Source: an archaeon | GTDB lineage: Archaea > Asgardarchaeota > Thorarchaeia > Thorarchaeales > Thorarchaeaceae | Length of the DNA: 12,947 nt | Reading direction: 5' to 3' | Assembly (NCBI GenBank): GCA_024276825.1 | Contig: JAJRWI010000057.1 | Span: 1 to 12,947, forward strand | In this document: positions 7,295-12,947 of the stretch, piece by piece | Numbering within the stretch: position 1 is the first letter of the stretch | Layout: each line of letters begins with the position of its first letter | The notes under the pieces: model-generated | Database searches by the model: none | What the model saw: the letters and a program-made list of their open reading frames with translations, nothing else | What the model was told of the DNA's origin: nothing | Position numbers and translations under genes: made by a program

Positions 7295-7645
7295 TTATAG
7301 ATTGTCAAAGAAGCTAGATGGCTCACGAAGCCTATCTATAAGACTCTTCCTTTTCTTCTCCAACTTTTCTGGAACTGTAACCGAGTTCTGATAGGCAAGA
7401 ATTTTGACAGTCAGTCTTGAGGCTGGGCAGAGTTTTGAATACTCTATCAGAAAATGATTCAGTGAGTCAATAGAGTTGGGGGTATAGGTTTCAGAGGAAG
7501 CATCATCATGAAGTGAAACCCCTGATTTGGCCTGTAGTTCCACAATCTTTTTGCGCCCATGAATTGTTTGACCACGTTGACTAATAGCTCGTGCAATGTT
7601 TTCCAGCAATATTCGCGTTTCTTCATCCTGACTCTTTGCCAACAC
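7295..7645 (-). CDS. Hypothetical protein, 116 aa, in the longin/GTPase operon
   Basis: Fills the gap between the longin gene (23-bp overlap) and the GTPase gene (42-bp gap) on the same strand. Mostly helical pattern with a basic C-terminal segment. Confidence 0.7.
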   Translation of the reverse strand: MLAKSQDEETRILLENIARAISQRGQTIHGRKKIVELQAKSGVSLHDDASSETYTPNSIDSLNHFLIEYSKLCPASRLTVKILAYQNSVTVPEKLEKKRKSLIDRLREPSSFFDNL

Positions 7646-8906
7646 ATATCAACTCCAGCCAATATGAGAACTCCTCAAAACCAATGAAATCGTGAGGACT
7701 GTACCACTTGAAAAGGTAATTCAGATATTCATTAACAAGATTCTCGATATATTTTGATCTCTTGCTCTTATCAAGTGCAACAACAAACTTTGCTAAAACC
7801 TTCATCCAATCTGAATAGAGACTCATTATCCGTCTTGGGTCCATTCCTTCAAATATCTTTGAGTCGTACTCGATCTGCCATTTCTCATCCTCAAAGCGAA
7901 CCTCTCCAATCACCTCTGATGCAGCATTTTGTGTAAGGATATTCTGTAATACTTCCGAAACCACTTTGGGTTCGTATGTTTTTTCAGCGACCTTGTAGGC
8001 AATCTCCAAAGCTTCTTTGATAAACAGGATTCGCCTTCGCTCGGGAGAGAGGGGTTCGACAGCTTTGTGGTCAAGAAGATAGTCAAAAGCAAGGAAAATG
8101 TCCTTCTCATCATGAAGCTTGCTCAAGTTTTCAATTATTTCGCCAACCATTCTTCGTCCATCAAGAATGCTTGCCAGTTTGGGGATGATCACAGCGATAT
8201 TTGGATGTGATGAAATCAGACTCTGGTGTTCAGCTGAACTGCTCTGAAGCAAGGGATTTATTCTAGATGTGGCAATTACAATATCTTTTGTATCGAACAT
8301 GTTATGGAACCTGACAATTCCCTTCGCCCAGAGCGAGGTGATTTCTTGCATCACAATATCGCGACCAATCCCGCTCTCCTCAATAATCTCCATAATTGTT
8401 CGCTTTCCATTGATCATTTCAAAAAGAGGATTAGAACTGACCTCAGGTAATGTATCCTCAGAACTTATGAATATTGGAATCCAGTCCTCTTCAAACTCCT
8501 CAAATGAGAGTTTTTCAAGCACACTTTCGCGGAAGGGCTCAAAATGCTCTAGGGCATTTATGCTATCAAGTTCATTTTCAGATATTTTCGTTAGCCAATC
8601 CTTTTCAAATGATATTAAGAGATCCTGCAAGACCTGCTCAATTGATGGATCCCACTTTCCCATGCTGACAGCAATTAGATCCGCTTTAGAACCCGAGAAT
8701 ATTGTGAATAGACGCGCTCCATAATCTACCTGGAACTTCTCCGCAGTCTTGTCAATCACTTCAGATGAAAAGCTCTGTACTGCTGTAAAAAAGCTTGAAA
8801 CAAGCATTGGATCGAGGTCCAAAGCTTTTGGATCCAATTTCATAAAGAAGAGGGGGATGCCGCCTTTCTGCATGATCAATATTGCTTGGATGTTATTTTG
8901 AGACAA
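7623..8906 (-). CDS. Longin-domain protein with two winged-helix repeats and helical C-terminal domain (NPRL2-like architecture)
   Basis: N-terminal IQAILIMQKGGIPLF...DPMLVSSFFTAVQSFSSEV matches the Asgard longin pattern. Internal repeat INGKRTIMEII..SLWAKGIV / LDGRRMVGEII..YLLDHKAV is typical of winged-helix units. TTG start preceded by GTGGTG. Confidence 0.8.
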   Translation of the reverse strand: MSQNNIQAILIMQKGGIPLFFMKLDPKALDLDPMLVSSFFTAVQSFSSEVIDKTAEKFQVDYGARLFTIFSGSKADLIAVSMGKWDPSIEQVLQDLLISFEKDWLTKISENELDSINALEHFEPFRESVLEKLSFEEFEEDWIPIFISSEDTLPEVSSNPLFEMINGKRTIMEIIEESGIGRDIVMQEITSLWAKGIVRFHNMFDTKDIVIATSRINPLLQSSSAEHQSLISSHPNIAVIIPKLASILDGRRMVGEIIENLSKLHDEKDIFLAFDYLLDHKAVEPLSPERRRILFIKEALEIAYKVAEKTYEPKVVSEVLQNILTQNAASEVIGEVRFEDEKWQIEYDSKIFEGMDPRRIMSLYSDWMKVLAKFVVALDKSKRSKYIENLVNEYLNYLFKWYSPHDFIGFEEFSYWLELICVGKESG

Positions 8907-8940
8907 TGGAGCAACACCACATGTTGTTTATTAGAACATC

Positions 8941-9246
8941 CTATTCTGTTCTTCTATCGGAAATCATTCCAAGTCTATGAGTACGATATTTCTCTAATAA
9001 CGTATCTGCTTTTTCATAAATAGGTCCCGCGCCCAATAATAATCCTGATGTGACTCCTTCCTTTTGTGAGATCACTGGCCTTGATGCTGCCATCAATAAA
9101 TATCGAAGGAATTGAAGGTCGGTTACCTTCTTTCCAACCCGCCGTTGGTATCGCATTTTTTCCTCTTCCCAGACAAGTATGTCATGATCAGTAAGTCCTT
9201 TGAAAAGTTTGTTCTTCAATTTCCCAGATTCTGCCATCTCTCTCAC
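8941..9246 (-). CDS. Small basic protein, probable ribbon-helix-helix DNA-binding domain
   Basis: KNKLFKGL (strand), TDHDILVWEEEKMRYQRRVG (helix A), KKVT turn, DLQFLRYLLMAA (helix B). Start is GTG 9246 or ATG 9237; in-frame TAA at 9253-9255 bounds it. The fold is inferred. Confidence 0.6.
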   Translation of the reverse strand: MREMAESGKLKNKLFKGLTDHDILVWEEEKMRYQRRVGKKVTDLQFLRYLLMAASRPVISQKEGVTSGLLLGAGPIYEKADTLLEKYRTHRLGMISDRRTE

Positions 9247-9257
9247 TGTCCGTTAGA

Positions 9258-9353
9258 ATAGTTAACCGGGTAACTATGAGTCTTGATAGTCCAATATCAA
9301 TAAATGACTGTGTAATACCTGCCACCATTACAAAAACAATATAACCAGTTATA
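9258..9353. promoter_or_regulatory. Divergent promoter region with three dyad sites
   Basis: ATAGTTA-ACCGGG-TAACTAT (9258-9277), TTGATA-GTCCAA-TATCAA (9283-9300) and TATAAC-CA-GTTATA (9340-9353) lie between the divergent RHH-like and kinase genes. Confidence 0.5.
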
Positions 9354-9386
9354 ACAAGCACACATATTCAGATATGAGGAATATTA

Positions 9387-12300
9387 ATGCCCGATTTTAG
9401 TATAGGTCTTAAAGATGCCAATCAAATTGTCCACTCCATTGCTGATTCTGCCATTCTGATTGATAATAATGGCATTATAGTTGCCATTAATGACTCATTT
9501 TCCAAGATGCTTAACTGCGATGGAGAGATCGCTGGACAGCATATTCATAATATTATTTATTTTGGGAGTCATGATTATTTTGATCATTATATCCAATCTT
9601 CAGTAAAAACCAACAAGACCCAAGAATGTACTATTCGCATATCTGGCAAAAAGATAACTGAGAAACGGGTAAAAATAACTCTGACCCCAATTAAAATAGA
9701 TAATGATATGACACTGCTTTTGCTTCTTTTTATGGACTCACGTGTCATAAAATCCAGAAAAGAATCACAGATTACAGAATCATTCTATCGTCAGCTTCTT
9801 GAGGATTCCATACAGGGCATTGCGCTCATTCAAGATGAACGATACATATATGTAAACCAGTCATTGGCGAATATCCTTGAGTATTCTGTTGATGAGCTAT
9901 TGGCTTTTAGTACTGAGCAGATCTGGTCACTTGTTCATCCAGATGATCTTGAAGGTCTAAAAAGTCGAAATGTAGTAATGAGTGAAGGGGGAAGACTGCC
10001 TAGACATCGCTTTAGGTACATCTCAAAAAGCGGCAAAGTAAAGTGGGTGGACTCTTTTGTCAAGCAGGTGATCTATAATAATAGACTCGCAACGCAGGTT
10101 GTTGAAATAGATATCACTGATGAGATTGAAACACGTTTGGCGTTAGAGAGTTATGAGAAACAGCTGAGGACAATTATTGATAGTATCGATGACATTATTT
10201 TTGTTTATAACGAGAATAACGAGTATGTCGAAGTATTCACCTCAAACACTGATATTGTTCTCGGCGAACCAAATGAGATCATTGGAAAAAGTGTATATGA
10301 AAATCTACCAAAACATTTGGCCAATCTAATAGTTGAGAGCCTTAATAAAGTCAGGAAGACTGGCGAGAGGGTATCTATTGATTATCCATTAACTATCAAT
10401 GGTAAATCATATTGGTTCTCAGCGCTTTTCACACTTCATGAAGACGGCAAGAATGTTGTAGCAGTTGTAAGAGAAATTACTGAAAGACATAGGATGGAGC
10501 TTGCAATTAAGGAACGAGAGGAGCAATTCGCCAAGTTTGCAGAGCATATGCCAGGCCTTGTTTGTATTTTGGACCTTAATGATCGCATTATTTACATGAA
10601 CAAAAAAATGATGCGGACCTTTAGAGTTAGTGATTGGCAATCTAAAAGAATTCAGGAGTTAAACTCTGAAGAACTAGTGAAGGCAATTAAAATACAAAAG
10701 GAAATCATTGATGACAAGCCATACATTGACACTAGGGCCATAATAGATCATAATGGAAAACAAAGAAAATTGAAAACATATATTTTCAAAATCAGTGTTC
10801 CCGATGATGAGCCTCTGATAGGTTTCATTGGTATAGACGTAACACAGGTTTCGCAGATTGAGGACGCACTGCGAGAATCTGAAATGATGTATAGAATGCT
10901 TTTTGAGAATGCGCCAGTCGCCATTATAATGACTGACATTGAAGGAAATATTATTGCGTCGAACAAGCTGAACCTAGAGATGTTTGGCTATACTTGGGAT
11001 GAGTTGCGTTTCTTAAATGCCCGAAATCTGTATGCAAATCCAGCGGAACGAAATATTGCACTTCATGAATTGAGAATCAATAATGAACTGCGCAATCATG
11101 AAATTGTGCTAAGGAAAAAGGATGGGACCGAATTTCCAGTCTTGCTTGATGAGCACTTTCTCAAGATTGGAAATCGCGATGTGATAGTTGCAATGATTAG
11201 AAACATTTCTGATATCAAGCAAGCCACACAAGCCTTAATTGAGTCTGAAAAGCGCTATAGACTATTGTTCGAAGCAGCACCGGTGGCTGTTGGAATGGTG
11301 AGCTTTAACGGAGATTTTCTTGATGCAAATTCAATGCTGCTTGATTTACTGGGTCATACAAAAGAGTCAATCAGAGAAGTCAATGCGAATGCATTTTACA
11401 ATGACCCTAAGATAAAAAAGACCTTGACTCAACTACTGAAGGAAAATGGCGAGGTTCGTAATTTTGAACTCGACATCAAGACTGCTTCAGGCGAAGATCT
11501 AACAATTCTAGTCAATATCAACATGGTAAATATTGATGACCAGAATGTTTTGTTTGCTTCTGTTAATGATATTACATACTTGAGAAAGACTGAAGCTAAA
11601 ATTCTAAAGTATAGTAGTCTGCTTGAATCAATATACGATGCAATCCCAGACCCTGTTATTTCCATTAATAACGAGTTCATAATAAAGAAATGTAATAGGG
11701 CCTTTGAGTTTGTTTTTGGATACAATTCCGATGAGCTTGTTGGAAAACGCTGTGGTGCACTACTAGCAGATAGTAGCCTTGAATTAATGGGAGAGCTAAA
11801 AGAAAAGTTGCAATTAACGGAGAGTCTAACATTTCACGAGTTTCTTTTCAAGAGAAAGGATGGGGACATATTTCCAGGTAGCTTCTCTATGGCTTCAATT
11901 CGTGACAATGACAATAGAAGGCTCGGTTTTGTAGGACTTATTCATGATGAAACCGAAAGTCTTGCTGCAAGCCGCGAAATAATCACAACACGTGATCGGG
12001 CAATGCTCTATCTTGACTTGATGTCTCATGATATATCAAATCAATTGCAGATTATTATTGGAGCCACTCAATTATCACGTGTGACTGAATCTCAAAGTAA
12101 GATGAATTACCTTTTGGACATGATTGAGGATGCCGCTTTGAAGTGCACCAACATAATCAGCAGATTAACCTCTATTCGAAAATTGGCCGAGTCGCCCTTG
12201 CGATTAACTGACCTTGTGTTGGAATTAGAAGACATAATCGATGAGTTTGCCTTCAAATTTTCTGACATTAAGATTAATGTTAGTCTTCCAGATGCATCAT

Positions 12301-12653
12301 GCAACATTTATGCGGATGAGTTTCTCGAAGTTGTATTATTCAATATTCTTGAGAATGCTGTAATTCATAATCCATATCCAGAATGGGACAGGGAAGTCTG
12401 GGTGTCAATTGTTCCGAACTCCCAGGGTTTTACTGTGGTTATTAGTGATAATGGCCCTGGCATTCCAAACTCACAAAAAGAAAAGATACTTGATATGTCT
12501 CAGAGATATGGAGGCCTTGGTCTTCACATTGCAAAGCAGATTATTGAGAAGTATGGTGGTAGATTAACCATAAAGGACCGTATACCAAATAAGAGCTCTG
12601 AAGGTGCATCATTCGAGATCTGGTTTCCTAAGAGCACATTACGTTTCGTTTGA
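9387..12653 (+). CDS. Soluble multi-PAS sensor histidine kinase (about 7 PAS/PAC domains + HisKA + HATPase_c)
   Basis: Repeated PAS starts (YRQLLEDS, LRTIIDSI, FAKFAEHMP, YRMLFENAP, YRLLFEAAP, LESIYDAIP) with DIT/EIT/DVT ends. H-box LMSHDISNQL, N-box NILENAVIHN, G1 SDNGPGIP, G2 GGLGL. No TM segment and no receiver domain. Confidence 0.96.
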   Translation: MPDFSIGLKDANQIVHSIADSAILIDNNGIIVAINDSFSKMLNCDGEIAGQHIHNIIYFGSHDYFDHYIQSSVKTNKTQECTIRISGKKITEKRVKITLTPIKIDNDMTLLLLLFMDSRVIKSRKESQITESFYRQLLEDSIQGIALIQDERYIYVNQSLANILEYSVDELLAFSTEQIWSLVHPDDLEGLKSRNVVMSEGGRLPRHRFRYISKSGKVKWVDSFVKQVIYNNRLATQVVEIDITDEIETRLALESYEKQLRTIIDSIDDIIFVYNENNEYVEVFTSNTDIVLGEPNEIIGKSVYENLPKHLANLIVESLNKVRKTGERVSIDYPLTINGKSYWFSALFTLHEDGKNVVAVVREITERHRMELAIKEREEQFAKFAEHMPGLVCILDLNDRIIYMNKKMMRTFRVSDWQSKRIQELNSEELVKAIKIQKEIIDDKPYIDTRAIIDHNGKQRKLKTYIFKISVPDDEPLIGFIGIDVTQVSQIEDALRESEMMYRMLFENAPVAIIMTDIEGNIIASNKLNLEMFGYTWDELRFLNARNLYANPAERNIALHELRINNELRNHEIVLRKKDGTEFPVLLDEHFLKIGNRDVIVAMIRNISDIKQATQALIESEKRYRLLFEAAPVAVGMVSFNGDFLDANSMLLDLLGHTKESIREVNANAFYNDPKIKKTLTQLLKENGEVRNFELDIKTASGEDLTILVNINMVNIDDQNVLFASVNDITYLRKTEAKILKYSSLLESIYDAIPDPVISINNEFIIKKCNRAFEFVFGYNSDELVGKRCGALLADSSLELMGELKEKLQLTESLTFHEFLFKRKDGDIFPGSFSMASIRDNDNRRLGFVGLIHDETESLAASREIITTRDRAMLYLDLMSHDISNQLQIIIGATQLSRVTESQSKMNYLLDMIEDAALKCTNIISRLTSIRKLAESPLRLTDLVLELEDIIDEFAFKFSDIKINVSLPDASCNIYADEFLEVVLFNILENAVIHNPYPEWDREVWVSIVPNSQGFTVVISDNGPGIPNSQKEKILDMSQRYGGLGLHIAKQIIEKYGGRLTIKDRIPNKSSEGASFEIWFPKSTLRFV

Positions 12654-12947
12654 GTCCTTGGTAGGCTCTAGCTCTTTTTGCTCTACCGTTTCTTCCTTCT
12701 CACGTTCTGCGGATGCAGATTTGGCGGGAGTAAATGTTACTACCTCTGCCTCGGGTTCTACATCTCTTGGTCTAGTATGATAGAGATCACTTGTTTTCAT
12801 TGCACGAAATTCAGTGACTGCCTTCCATTTAGCAGATTTTTCTGCTATAGGTGTAAGTTTCTTTATTCTGAACATTCCAATTGCTGCTACATCTATGAGA
12901 ATAATGTTCATCACCAATAATGCCAATGAACCCAGTCCGATGGTTAT
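12639..12947 (-). CDS. 3' portion of a membrane protein, probably DUF389/TIGR00341 family (partial, runs off window)
   Basis: Frame is open to the window edge (ITIGLGSLALLVMNIILIDVAAIGMF), resembling the last TM helix of DUF389 proteins, followed by a charged tail. Overlaps the kinase 3' end by 15 bp. Confidence 0.6.
   Translation of the reverse strand: MTIGLGSLALLVMNIILIDVAAIGMFRIKKLTPIAEKSAKWKAVTEFRAMKTSDLYHTRPRDVEPEAEVVTFTPAKSASAEREKEETVEQKELEPTKDSNET

Noticed and set aside
7459-8724. Track ORFs 7459-7662(-), 7754-7936(+), 7910-8113(-), 8269-8724(+), 8474-8668(+)
   Set aside because: Alternative-frame or antisense overlaps of the longin and 116-aa genes with no recognisable features.
10419-12920. 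Track ORFs 10419-10640(-), 10748-10966(-), 11429-11725(-), 12107-12307(-), 12678-12920(+)
   Set aside because: Antisense shadows of the kinase and the DUF389-like gene.

Overview
Archaeal genomic window, most likely from an Asgard archaeon (Thorarchaeia-like). This is inferred from GGTGA/GGAGG ribosome-binding sites, a Rab-like small GTPase, an Asgard-type longin domain and a soluble multi-PAS histidine kinase. The left ~2.4 kb is visibly AT-richer and holds a small membrane protein plus a translationally coupled pair of orphans (double zinc-ribbon protein and a 332-aa protein). The rest is a signalling neighbourhood. On + are two single-domain receivers, a TPR protein with a Cys-rich tail and a RimJ/RimL GNAT. 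On - runs an apparent operon: ribbon-helix-helix-like protein > longin + tandem winged-helix protein (NPRL2/GATOR1-like architecture) > 116-aa orphan > Rab-like GTPase with non-canonical G3 and G5 motifs, followed by an ArsR-type regulator. A 7-PAS histidine kinase is transcribed divergently from that operon, and the window ends in the 3' part of a probable DUF389 membrane protein. The most interesting item is the NPRL2-like longin/GTPase operon. No rRNA, tRNA, CRISPR array or transposase was recognised. All family assignments are by eye and need profile or structure searches.
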